36,094 bases of DNA, from assembly GCA_002104905.1 (NCBI GenBank), contig MCFE01000791.1:1-36094 (forward strand), given 5' to 3'. Shown here in pieces: positions 1-11,489 of this stretch; positions within the stretch are counted from its first letter, which is position 1; each line of letters starts with the position of its first letter. The stretch is from Basidiobolus meristosporus CBS 931.73 (lineage: Eukaryota; Fungi; Basidiobolomycota). A program made the position numbers and the translations under genes. Below the pieces are notes generated by a model, which made no database searches, had not been told where the DNA came from, and saw nothing but the letters and a program-made list of their open reading frames with translations.

Positions 1-970
1 TTGGATGTGCTCTGCCTTTTAGAACCTTCCAGGACATTCTTGGCATATTTTTAGCTCATAGTGATGTCATCAAGAATTCCACTGATGCCAAGAACCTTCT
101 AGAACCTTGTCATTACTAATCACTTTGCAATCAGGAAAAGTATTTAAGGGAAAGCAATCCCTCATCAATCAATCATCCCTTCTATCAGTAACACTTCTCC
201 CTTATTGATTAGCAGTTGATCACTGCACCTACCTTTAACAGTTACACCTCAGACTTGCCATCAAGGAGCTTTTCAGGGTAGTGCACAAGACACACAGAGG
301 CCTTTGAAGACACTTGGAGCATCTTGGAAGCTAGAGAAGCAGGAGCTTTTACTATAGTGACATATTGACAAAGATACCAGCAGTTTAGACACAGAGGTTA
401 TTGCACCCATCAGACACCTCACACACCTTGAGTTGTATAGCTTCTCCCAGGAGTACCTCTACACCCCCACAGCAGAAATACTTATTGAGTGGTGGATTTC
501 AATGGAGCTACTTGTTGAGTGTGGGGTTGGGCTTAATGTTAGTGTAGGGTATAGGGACTTGTATAGGTCAATATAATTGACAATTGAGGTACAACTGAAG
601 TTTCAACAGAAATAAATCAGTTTGTATGCATTAAAAGTAAGAGAAATGGTTGAGTCAGGTGGTAAGGAGTGTGAAAAGAGGCAATAGCCAATCAATGCAC
701 ACAAATGTAGGAGGTGATAGAGTGTCCAGGATCAGAAAGTGATAAAATTGGCAAAGCACCAATCAAAGGCCACTTATGTATTGTTGTGATGAAAAGTTCA
801 ACTAAGTTTTTTGTGAAATCTGTGGTGCAATTATTTTTTGATAGTCTTTGCGCAGTGTCCTGATGGGATCAATACCTCTCAGCCATGGGACTTTAAATAT
901 GTGATGGCCTTTGGATGAGATCATCACAACAATTTTTGATAAGTAGTTGCCACAGCTGGGTACCTGAAAT
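1..970. mobile_element. CpG-depleted repeat-like sequence, class not determined
   Basis: Almost no CG dinucleotides, as in the recognisable TEs in the window. Positions 1-240 look LTR-like (agaaccttctagaacc motifs, TATTTAA, ends ...ttaaca). No diagnostic protein motif recognised. Confidence 0.35.
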
Positions 971-982
971 ATAGGGTTAGGG

Positions 983-1731
983 TACACATGCTCTTAGGAT
1001 CTTCTAAGCATACTTTATGTACTTATCTTGCCAAGACAATGTAAAAGTATGAATAACACTTTCCATTTGACAAATCTTCAAGTCAAAACCACATAATCTA
1101 CTTGTTTTCCCACTCACTTCCAATATCTCCAAGACTCTTACAACAGATATTAGGCACCAATTCATACATGTAGCTGTAGAGAATAGCTTAGCTAACTTAG
1201 TTTACTTTCCTACAGATGAAATGATTGCAGTCATATTTACCAAACAATTGCCTAGGGACAAGTTTGAATACCTTAGGTCAAAATTAGGACCAGTCAGTAT
1301 GAGTATTTAGTTGAGTGGGAGTGTTGTAGAAGTTTGTAATTCCACCTAAATAATCACCCAACTTAATCACTTAGATCATTACCTTCAAATTCTAGAGAAT
1401 ACTGACCAAAATCCTTGTCAGGATTTATTTAGAATATTTTCACCAAAATGTCAGGTACCCAGAACATTAGAATTACATGAGTCATTCAAACAGCCTCAAA
1501 CCTTGCACACATGCTCTTGGGATCTCCCTAAGCCTATTGTACGTGTTTGTTATGCCAAGGCCATGTAAAAGTACAAATACTACTTTTACATTGAATCAAT
1601 GAATAAGTGAAAACTACACAATCTGCTTGTTCTCCCAATCACTTCCAATTTCCCCAAGACTCATTCAACAAAAATAACATAATCTACTTGTCTTCCCAAT
1701 CACTCCAAATATCTCCAAGACTCTTGCAACA
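983..1731 (+). mobile_element. Ty1/copia remnant: partial LTR (~983-1145), RNase H C-terminus (~1150-1310), PPT (1313-1321), 3' LTR (1322-1731)
   Basis: Translates RHQFIH...PTDEMIAVIFTKQLPRDKFEYLRSKLG*, the copia RNase H end (cf. KHIDIRHHFIRE...DEMIADILTKPL). This is followed by the purine tract GAGTGGGAG and an LTR with TGTTG...CAACA termini whose 3' end is internally duplicated. Confidence 0.85.
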
Positions 1732-1821
1732 ATTAGATCCATCCAAGTTTTCAGCAGAGGGAAAATTTCAGTAATATCAATTGTGGACATCAGGGAGAGT
1801 GACATCTTAGGGCCCTGAGCT

Positions 1822-1997
1822 TGTTCAAGAGTTTTGGGGAAAATGGAGGCAATTGGGCAAACATATGGAGTAGGTGGTTTTCACTTCATGATTTATCAAA
1901 TGGAAAGTGTTATTCATACTTTTACATTGTCTTAGCAAGACAAGCATATAGAGTATGCTTAGAAGATCTCAAGAGCATGTGTGCAAAGTTTGGGCTG
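1822..1997 (-). mobile_element. Inverted fragment of the same copia LTR family
   Basis: Reverse complement matches the LTR 3' half (ggttttcacttcatgatttatcaaatggaaag...gagcatgtgtgcaaagttt). Confidence 0.75.
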
Positions 1998-3142
1998 ATA
2001 ATGGTGCAGATGGAGTTAAAGGCACTTGGTTTATCCCATCCCATCAGTAGGCAGCACTCTTGCATGGAGGAGTCTTCTCCCTGGGTTCAATCTGTTCACC
2101 ATGGGCAAAAGGTAGGAGGTGGGGTTGTTGGAGGTATCATGGGCGGCCAACTCGGGGCCCATAACCTATCCAATGTGGTGGAGGGAACTTGGAAGTCGAG
2201 CGGGGCATCATGAAGAATGTACGATTTCCCACTTGGAGAACCGCGAAATTGAAATGAGATGCGTCGGTGGGAACTCCGTGGATGCGATGACCAGAACGAT
2301 TGGGGGGAAGGATCCAGGAGGCAGTGTGCGAAGTGTGGGGTGTTCAGTCAAGTGCCAGAAGGGTTCGGCGACTCCCGGTATATTCGCCATCTCCATGAGC
2401 GAAGGAGTAAGCTCCGTGCGAAATCACGTTCACAAACACCAGTTTCAAACTAACGGAACCACCGCATCCGAAACATCCGAATAATCAGGTGTGAGACCAA
2501 TTGGTTGCAACTGGATGCATTCGCCAAATCAAAGAAGCCTGACCCACCTTCCCCCCCCGCTACCTATCCAGCCGAAAGGTTCACACGATCCGATCGAAGT
2601 CACCTCGTCTAGGTTATCTGAGGATAAAATCCACCGGCGTCGAGCTCGGGCCACTGCATCTTCCAGCAATCCACGTGCATGCATGAGCGGCTAACACCCT
2701 GGCAGTCACCTCACAACTCCACCAATCACCTGGATGTTCACACCAGCCGGTATCAACCCGGGACAACCAACGAGGTTTGGTTTCGTCGGAAGTTCTCATC
2801 CGTCAAGTAAATACTCACCAAGGCCCACCCAACCAACACTCGGACCCTGTTTGGGCCATCACTCACCTCACACCCAAGAATCCGCCTCATACGTTGATCG
2901 ACTGGTGCGGGGAGGGGGGTAAGGGACAAGGAGACTGACGCTGACGCTGTCGCAGGGGTTATCTATGCGTTGGTGAGATTTATTTCAATAAAATGACCGG
3001 GCAGTAAAAGACAAAGGCATGAATGGGATGATTGCAATGAAAATGACTACGTCTATGCACTCGTGAAGAATGCCTCTCCGCGGGAGGGGGGAGGGGGAGG
3101 AGGGAGACGGATCCTACCCTGCCCTCCCCTCCTAGAGGGAGT

Positions 3143-3616
3143 TTAGGGGCACACAGGGCCGGAGTAGCGCCCGGGAAGGGTGGCGAAGCCTTGGGTCCAA
3201 TAGTATCCCGGCTGACCCAAGGCGACCCCCATATGGGTGAACTTGGGATTGAGGATGTTCTTGCGATGGGGCGGCGAGTTCATCCAAACGTCGAACACCT
3301 CCTCCTCGGTGGTCTGCCCCCTGGCCACGTTCTCCCCGTACTGCTGCCACTGCAGGCCGTGTTCTTTGATCGCCTTGTCCATGGGGGAGTGGTCGTACCG
3401 GTCGTGGGTCATGCTCTGGTACTCCGCCTGCATGACCGAGTGACGGTTGCACACCTCGTTGAGCTCCGTACTCAACACCAAAGGCCGCATCGACCTGGAC
3501 ACCCGCTCCTGATTGACCAGGCAGATCAGTCGCTCGGGAGAGAACGCGCTCACGGACAGGACGATGCTGAGGAGAACAAGGAGGATGGAACGGAGGGAGA
3601 CGATTTGCAAATACAT
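3143..3616 (-). CDS. Secreted CAP/SCP (PR-1/YkwD-like) domain protein, 157 aa, intronless
   Basis: Hydrophobic signal peptide MYLQIVSLRSILLVLLSIVLSVSA, then CLVNQER...HS..QA...MTH, GENVARG, WMNSPPHRKNIL and MGVA..YWTQGF, the short bacterial-type CAP motifs. Start chosen at the second Met of the ORF track. Confidence 0.9.
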   Translation of the reverse strand: MYLQIVSLRSILLVLLSIVLSVSAFSPERLICLVNQERVSRSMRPLVLSTELNEVCNRHSVMQAEYQSMTHDRYDHSPMDKAIKEHGLQWQQYGENVARGQTTEEEVFDVWMNSPPHRKNILNPKFTHMGVALGQPGYYWTQGFATLPGRYSGPVCP

Positions 3617-4121
3617 ATTTCGTAGATGGTCGAGAGGGTAGTGGTTGTGCTTCACTGACCCGCGTGCCCAGCTATATATCGATTTCCTAACGTCCCCTTA
3701 ATGCATGATCCAAGCGGGTTCCCGCTGAGATGGATCTACCTCTGTACCGTACATCACATGCCGTGCTCTCCTTCACCATGCAAACCCCTGGTGTCTGATT
3801 CGCTCCAGACGCTGGGTCGATCTAACGAGCAAAAACCTGGGTGATACCTGATCGAGGGTCACGTGAGAATCGATGAGGTATCCGAATTTGGGTGACAACA
3901 GACCAACCCATCCAGATGGATGGAGCACAGAACATCAGGCAAAATGAGTAGGCTATTAACGGGTTTATTTCTATGTACATCTATGAAGGTCGTTGTTGAG
4001 CAGTAATGGTACAGTTTAGATCTAGAAAAGCGAGATGGTTTATCGGAACAGCAGCAGCGAGGCGGTGGTATGGTGGGGGATTTTTTACACTCTAATCAGG
4101 TTCTCCGGCGCAGACGGGCGG

Positions 4122-4391
4122 TTAGGATTTGGGCTCCGTCTTGAGGAAAGATTGCAAACTTTCGTCTAGCAGGAAGGCGATCTTAGCGTATTCCGCCTTC
4201 TCTTCCACAGTACACTTGCTCAAGGACGACGGGGCCAGGAAGGTCTCCAGCTCGCTCAACGATTTTTGGTACGAGTCAGACCGGGTGAAGTAAGAGGTGG
4301 GCTTGGGGGAGGGGAACTCCTCCTCAACAGGGCTTGGTGGGCTGGATTGCTGCCGTCTCAAAGACTTCGAAGTGAACAAACGCATTGGCAT
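4122..4391 (-). CDS. Hypothetical 89-aa protein (Ser/Pro-rich N-terminus, predicted helical C-terminus)
   Basis: ATG-started ORF, GC-rich relative to its flanks, with TATAAA on the minus strand at ~4504-4509. No family recognised. Confidence 0.45.
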   Translation of the reverse strand: MPMRLFTSKSLRRQQSSPPSPVEEEFPSPKPTSYFTRSDSYQKSLSELETFLAPSSLSKCTVEEKAEYAKIAFLLDESLQSFLKTEPKS

Positions 4392-6543
4392 GTTATATGA
4401 GTGTTGGTAAATAGGCTTGGTAATGGTAGGTGGGTGCAGGGATTTGCTGGGATGCGTTCAGAGCCACGCGTGGTTAACCCATAGTTCGAGACCGCGCCCG
4501 GAATTTATACTCTCACCACCCAGCACCCCGACCTATCTAGAAAATCCATTGGTAATGTGCTCATCGTCTACTTAAGGAAAATGACCAAAATAACCTGGGA
4601 AGATACACCCATATTTAGCTAGGCTGATATCTCTGCACTCTCCGAAGAATTATTGGTTGAGCTGTTTGATGGTACGCCATCTGATTGGCAGATAAGCATG
4701 AGCAACAGAACCACCCAACTCCCGCCAGAACATTGTTCCAACTAGGAAGCAATTCGTCAACTACCAGTCGCTTAAAGGTATAGACGTGCGGTTGGTAACC
4801 AGTAATCAGAGGGAACTCAGAGGCGGTAACCAATCGGTAACGATGATCTGAATACCATCACCAAGGTGAAATTGAGTTTTAAAGATAACTGTAGGTTGGC
4901 TTCAAATTTGGAAAATCCTGGTCGCGGGATTCAAGAAATCTTGAAAGAAGCTCACCAAATTGGGAACGCCCCTGGGTACCTGCCAACTAGTCAGTGTATG
5001 GATGTACGAGCTATGATGGATGATTACCGATCACCTTGTAGGTAACGCAAGGTGGTATGGCACTATGATGTGAGCGAAGCCAAGACGAGGGAATGTTGCT
5101 GGGAGCTATGGCATCATGTCCGACCATTAGCAAGACCGAATTCCCAGAGGATCCCTCTTTCTAGTCGAAAGTCCTCACTCTGCCAGGGAGGTTCCAATTC
5201 TCTGGATCTCCTTCCATATTCGGGAGGAGGTCTGGGATTCGAAGGAACCAAGGGAACCATATATCTTACGCATTAAGAAAGAGGCGATTGGGTGCTCCGT
5301 ATTAGGTAAACACCGCTTGGGTTTTGCCACCTGTCGAGGGGATGGTTGGATGACTAATACTTGTTGTGGCTAGCAGGGGGTTTTTTTTCTTCCCTCAAAC
5401 CTGGCCGCATTCGTATCGATGATTTTCCATTTTAGAACGGGCCCTCACATGATGCTGGCCTCCAAGTTCACATGTGATTTCACCTCACACACACGGCTGT
5501 TTTCGGATTCACCTCATCACGTTGGTCTGCTGAGACCACTTAGGCTTTGCTCGTACTTGGACGTCAGCATCTGCTATTTGCTCCGCCCGTTGGAACGGTT
5601 GGCCATCACCCTAACGTGCTCTCTCTGGTATTCGGTGAAGTGGGATGCTAGGTGGCTAGGACGCAAATAGATTGCTCAACCATTTATTCCCAGATAATCA
5701 TATCCGAGTGACTGGGGTGGAGGGGATGGCGAGGATAGACATGGTGATAACGAAGTATTATTGATAAGTGATCACCATCACTGATAGTGGTTGAACCTCA
5801 AGAATGTTTTGTAAACTAGTGATGTATCCAATTTCGGATGGCACATCTAACCCCAAGCATCGAATATTTCTTGTCCTCCCCCTAAACGTGACTTATCCTA
5901 GTCAAGTCGACCCCAAGGGAGTTTAGGTTAGGCTAAGCTGATGAGTAGAAAGCATATTACTGAGTGCTGTGCAGAAGCAGGTTTGACTGCGCATGTGGTG
6001 GTGAGGTGGGATAGCAGCACATGGACATGCTTAGCACGCCTCTTGGAATATCCCGCACTATCATTCAGGTAGCTACCTCCTAGAATCGTTGAGTCCCAGG
6101 AAACGGTCACTCTACACCCAGCTTAAACTAAGGAGGAATACCGCAGCATCCCTTCCCCCACTCAATCTCAATCCCATGGCTACTTACCAGCTTCCAAAAA
6201 AGTCAACGCGAGGGTGGATTTCAAAGCACCTGCTCACCGAGTACCTGCCCATCCGAGTTCACACTTTTCCGAGCATCTGGCTTAAGCTGACCAGATTGGT
6301 TTGAGGGATCCGATCCCGTTATCAGTGGAAGCATTCCATCCGGGAGATCGATCCCCCGAGCGAAGGGAATGGAATGAATTCTTCTCTTATCAGCAGGATA
6401 TCTGACCAAGCGGTAGACACCTCCTTGACCAATCCGATCACAGGGCAACGGGTGTTCTCGCGATACGTGGTGTTTATTATTTGTACACAATTTAGGGAAG
6501 TCAATGGATACATCCATTCTTAATCACAATTACGAATTGTCGT

Positions 6544-9500
6544 CTAGAGATATTTTTTGGCCCGGAACCGCTTGAGGTGAAGGGACGAGCAGATCACGGT
6601 CACGGAGGAAAGGACCATGGCCAACCCGGCGAGCTCTGGGGGGAATGGCTGCAACCATAGGGGATAGAACACGCCAGCGGCTACCGGGATGGCCAAGAAG
6701 TTGTAGAAAAAGGCCCACGCGAAGTTGTACCGGATTCTGCGCAGTACTTTCGCAGAAAGGTCGAGCATGGTAAGAAGCGAGATCAGGTTGGGGGTGTTAA
6801 GGATGATCGAGGCGGCTTCGATGGCGATGTCGGTGCCGGAGGATGGGGAAATACCTACGTCGGCTTGGGCCAATGCTGGGGAGTCGTTGATACCATCTCC
6901 CACCATGGCCACCACGGCGTTTCTATGGTTGGGTATTCCATCGCGTAACCATGGGAAGTAGCGCCCTTTGAATGTACGAGCGGGGTTGATAGAAACACCC
7001 TGGGTTTGCAGAGATGCCACCTTGGACGCTTTCTCTTCAGGCACGACCTGAGCCATCACTCTTTCCGGCTTAATGCCGATTTCACGAGCGATCGCGGTAG
7101 CGGAGATACGATGATCGCCAGTAAGCATCCACACTTGAATCCCGCGCTTCTCGAGCTCACGAATGATCTCGGCGGTATGCTCACGAGGACGATCGGCAAC
7201 ACCAAGGGTAAGTACGATGAACCCATTGATGGCGACCTGCACGATAGAGGCGCCAGTGTTTTGGAATGCTTCTATCTCCCGGTCCTCGGTTTGTTTGTCC
7301 GTCACCGAGCTGGCATACTGGCTCCCGATAGATGTGATCCATCCAGGGCTTCCGATTTGAATTGTGAGCGAGGCAAATTCCAACTCCGACTCTTGACCAT
7401 CGTTTCCAGAATAGATAAACCCGGGGAAGACCTTGGCCTCTGACCCGCTGGCCACATTAATCACTGCCTCTATTCCCTTGCCTGGAACCTCTTGGCAAGA
7501 CTCGACCTCGAATGGAACCACGGATGAATAGTCAGCTGGCAGATTGCCATCACTAGGCTGCTTCTCGGAAGCCTTTTTGTGATCACCAAGGGGCGCAATA
7601 ATATCGGTAGCATACTGCACAACGGCGCGAGCCAAGGGATGCTCCGAGCCGCTCTCAAGCTTGTGGACCAGTTCCCATAAAAGACGCTCGGCATCGGAAA
7701 GAATCAGTGTTTTGGAGTCATCGTCAGATCTCTTCTCCGTCTGAACGGGGCACTGGGGCCGTAGGTGATCCTGTCTGAGCTCAGATACATCCTCACCCCG
7801 CTGACAATTGGCTTACCGATGGTCAGGGTTCCGGTTTTGTCGAAAACAATGGCATCAAGTCGGTTGATCATCTCCAAGGCCAAACCACCGCCTTTGATCA
7901 AAATCCCGTGCTTCGCGGCAACACCGGTCCCCACCATAATGGCTGTGGGGGAGGCCAATCCCAAGCCACAAGGGCATGCGATGACCAACACGGTGATGGC
8001 AAACCACAGTGCGAAAACCCCTGGGGAGGTCTTCTGCTTGGTGATCCATTCAGAGGGAACATGTCCTGTATATCCCAGCGCGCACCAAAGAACAAAGGTT
8101 ACAATCGCTAGAGCGACAACTAATGGAACAAACACTCCAGAGAGCATGTCCGCCAGCTGCTCCATTGGTGCCTTCTTTGCAGACTGTGCGTCCTGGACGA
8201 GCTTGATGATGCGGGAGAGGGTGGTATCGGCTCCGACTTTTTCGGCGATGAAGTAGACGGGGGATGTCAAGTTCAGGGTGGCAGAGATGACTCGGTCGCC
8301 ATTCTCGGCGCTCTTTCTGACCGGGATGGATTCGCCGGTGATGGTGGATTCATCGAATGTGGATGTGCCATGGTACAGTGTTCCATCGCAAGGGATACGC
8401 GTTCCTGGGTTGACCTTGAGTATATCTCCCTGCTGAACAAGAGCAAAATCGATCTCTTCTTCCTGGGCGTTTTCGATAGGCTGTCCCTCCTTGATGGTCA
8501 CCAGAGTGGCGGTCTCTGCCTGGAGCTCCATAAGCTTACTGATGGTGTCGAAGGTTCTTCCCTTGGCGTGGGCTTCGAGAAACTTGCCGAAAAGAATGAA
8601 AGTGATCAGGTAGATGGTAGTGTCGAAAAACTGATGTCTCTCGGAGGAGCTTTTCTCGACGATGTTGGCGATGCATGTCCCGACGGAAGCAAAGTATGCC
8701 ACGCCAGTGCCCAAGGAAACAAGCACATCCATGTTGGCGGTATGCGCGTAGCGCAACGATTTGTAAGCCTTGCGGTAGAATGGCCAGGCGAGGACGAATT
8801 GAACCGGGGTAGCCAGGATCCACATAACGAGGAAGGATACACTGAGTCCGGGGCAAACTTCGGAGGCAAAGGCTCTGCGGACTCGGTTTTCCTTCGATAA
8901 TGCAACGTCGAAGATAATTCCGATGATGAAGGCGGGGATAGCAAAGCTGAGTGCCCAGAGGAAGCGGATAAGAAGAGAGCGAGTTTCATGAGCGTGACGC
9001 TCTTGAATGGATGGCCCCTTGGTGCTGGGCTGAACAATAGTGGCCTCGTATCCCAGATCCGAGATTAGCTCCACAAGGGTGCGTGGGCCCACCTTTGTGG
9101 GATCATGGACCACCACACCAGACTGCATCAGAAGGTTGATCTGACAGGAGATGATGCCATCGTGCTCCCGAAGGTTGGATTCTATACTATTTACACAGGA
9201 AGAGCAGGTCATGCCAGTGATGTTCAGATTGGTGGTGAGGGTGGTGCTTTCGCCGGACTCCGCTTTATCGGACGGGTCGTTTTCCTGGATGCTCTCCCAT
9301 TGTAGATCGACCAGGTCATAACCGATGTTGGAGATGGATTCTTCAATGAGTTTTCCTAGTGCTTCTTGGTCCTCGTTGGCGAAGACCGCCACTCCACGGC
9401 CAGTGAGTGCGCTGACACTGATGGAGCCCTCAACAATGGTTTCGATCGCCGAGAGGGCTTTCTCGGTGGTTTTCACGCAGGAGGAGCAGGTCATCCCCTC

Positions 9501-10136
9501 GATTTGCATGGTGGCACGGCTCATGGTGATCGTACTCTTGTTTGCTTTCTTTTTGTTGATAATCTCCCATTGCAGATCGACCAGGTCATACCCGATGTTG
9601 GAAATCGCCTCCTCGATGATCTTTCCGAGGCTTTCCTGATCCCCATTGGTGAACACGGCCACGCCGCGACCTGTCAATGCGCTGACGCTAATTGTATCCG
9701 GAAGTATAGATTCGATGGCGGTCAACGCCTTTTCCGTGGTTTTGACGCATGAGGAGCAAGTCATCCCCTCGATCTGCATGACAGCACGATACTCCAGAGA
9801 TTCCTCGCTCTCTGTGGGCAAGCTGCCTGTGTTCTGGGTTTGGTTGGGGATTATCTCCCACTGGAGATCGACCAAGTCGTAGCCGATATTTGAAATGGAC
9901 TTCTCAATAGCCTTGCTTAACCGCTCGCGATCATCTAGTGTGAAAGTGGCTACTCCGCGGCCAGTCAATGAGCTGACGCTGATGGAGTCGACGAGGATTG
10001 AATCAATCGCTGCCAAGGCCTTTTCGGTGCTTTTGACGCAAGACGAGCACGTCATCCCCTCTATTTGCATGATGGCTCGATATAGGAAACTCTGGTCAGG
10101 TTGAGTAACCTTGATACTCTGTAGCTCTGAAGACAT
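6544..10136 (-). CDS. P1B-type Cu(I)-transporting ATPase (Ccc2/ATP7/CrpA-like) with four HMA domains; frame break near 7705-7790
   Basis: GMTCSSC x4, TGES, IACPCGLGLA, DKTGT, SEHPL (in the shifted frame), TGD, GDGINDSPALA, YN and MVLSS. The two ORFs (7704-10241 and 6544-7635) are offset by one base. Start set at MSSELQ (ATG 10136). Confidence 0.95.
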
Positions 10137-11489
10137 GCCAGTGTATGTGTGAATGAAGAACTTGGATGAATGAGGTAATGGTGCTGTAATGGATGCTAAA
10201 TTGAATGTAGGCCGGGATGTTCTGGTGAATTTATATCGCACCGGGTGTTGTGGAGCTTACCCGATTTAGTATTACCGAGCAAAGTCAAAAAACCTGAGGA
10301 ATTTCTGTTCCTGGATTGAGGATCTTCGGCGAGGGCGCGAATTCAGCCATTGGCCAATTGTACCGGTTTTTTTAACCATCTGTCTCAACTCTGCCATCTT
10401 TTTGGGACCTAGAATATCCAAGCAGAAATAGCGCAGCTGATGATTCGATGGGCATCCTTACAATGCCCATTTACAGCCCAGGATTTCCCATTGATTTGAA
10501 ATGGGCTGAAAAATAACAACCACACTTCCGGATTAGGCATCGAGAAATGGGCAGCATTGCTTTTCAGTTCTAGAAGACTTCCTCAAAAGCGGCCAAAATC
10601 CCGCACTCTTTACTCCATATATCTTAGCCATACGATGTTCAAGTTAACCTAACCTTAAACCAACGGTGTTGCATTAAACGTGAGCTATTTTTGCTTCTAC
10701 TTTGGTAATTGGCCAAACAAATGGGCCGATTTTCAATGACACGTATTCATGGATTTCGCCCCCTTTTTCAGTGTTCTCGTTGACGAAAATACGCAAGGGG
10801 TCTCAGGCCGGAGTTTCCCGGTTACAAGCAAAACGGGCGCGACAAACGCTGCGAGAAAAGCAGTTGTACTTCGCGAAGTCTGGTATCGCGGCTTCCACGG
10901 GTTTAGGGGTTTCTTGCGCCCTTGACTTTGCGCCCATCTGTGCTAGATGGAAGCTGCCCTTTGTGATTCGTATCCACAATGGCTCATGGTTGTTTTCGAT
11001 GAATAGGCATCTGATCTTGCAACAGCAGCGGTGATTCGGATTTGGTTTGATTCAATGGGGAAATATCCTTGCGTGAGGATTACAGAATAAGCCTGATCTG
11101 GTTGACACCCACGGCTCACGTGATCTGGACACCTATGACTTCACAAGTAATAGATTAAGTTACACTACACTGGATGATTTTGGGTTAGCTGATCTGGTCA
11201 CTGGTTCCTAATCATCACGAGATTTTGCGTCCAGTTCGGTAAACCCAACATTAAATTCATAGATTCCGGACACTTCGGAAAATCCAGCATTGAATTCATA
11301 CATTTCGGAGTCTACGGACTATCACGTCACTCCGGTATGACATCTTCGACGTGCAAGCATCCGTCCCAATATGTTAAGCTTATTACGCTCAGTTCGTACG
11401 CGCATGCAAATTTCTGTAGCATATAAGCTGGCTTCACTCGTCCATGACAGCTCATCAAGTTCCCAGCCTAGTTCCAATCCCATACAACA

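Noticed and set aside
2000-2950. Several 60-130 aa ORFs at the TE/gene-space boundary
   Set aside because: No motifs and mutually overlapping frames; I could not support a gene.
3132-3625. Overlapping ORFs 3132-3452, 3191-3625 and 3237-3443
   Set aside because: Shadows of the well-supported CAP gene.
6176-6523. Possible read-through or degenerate ORF MATYQLPKK..LV*GIRSRYQW..
   Set aside because: No recognisable family or splice signals; consistent with a chance open frame.
6725-10104. Many plus-strand and alternative-frame ORFs over the ATPase
   Set aside because: Expected by-products of a GC-rich, repeat-containing CDS; no motifs recognised.
10276-10283. TTTGCTCG (Mac1 CuRE-like) 140 bp upstream of the Cu-ATPase
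   Set aside because: A single degenerate 8-mer; functional CuREs usually occur in pairs, and chance occurrence is plausible.
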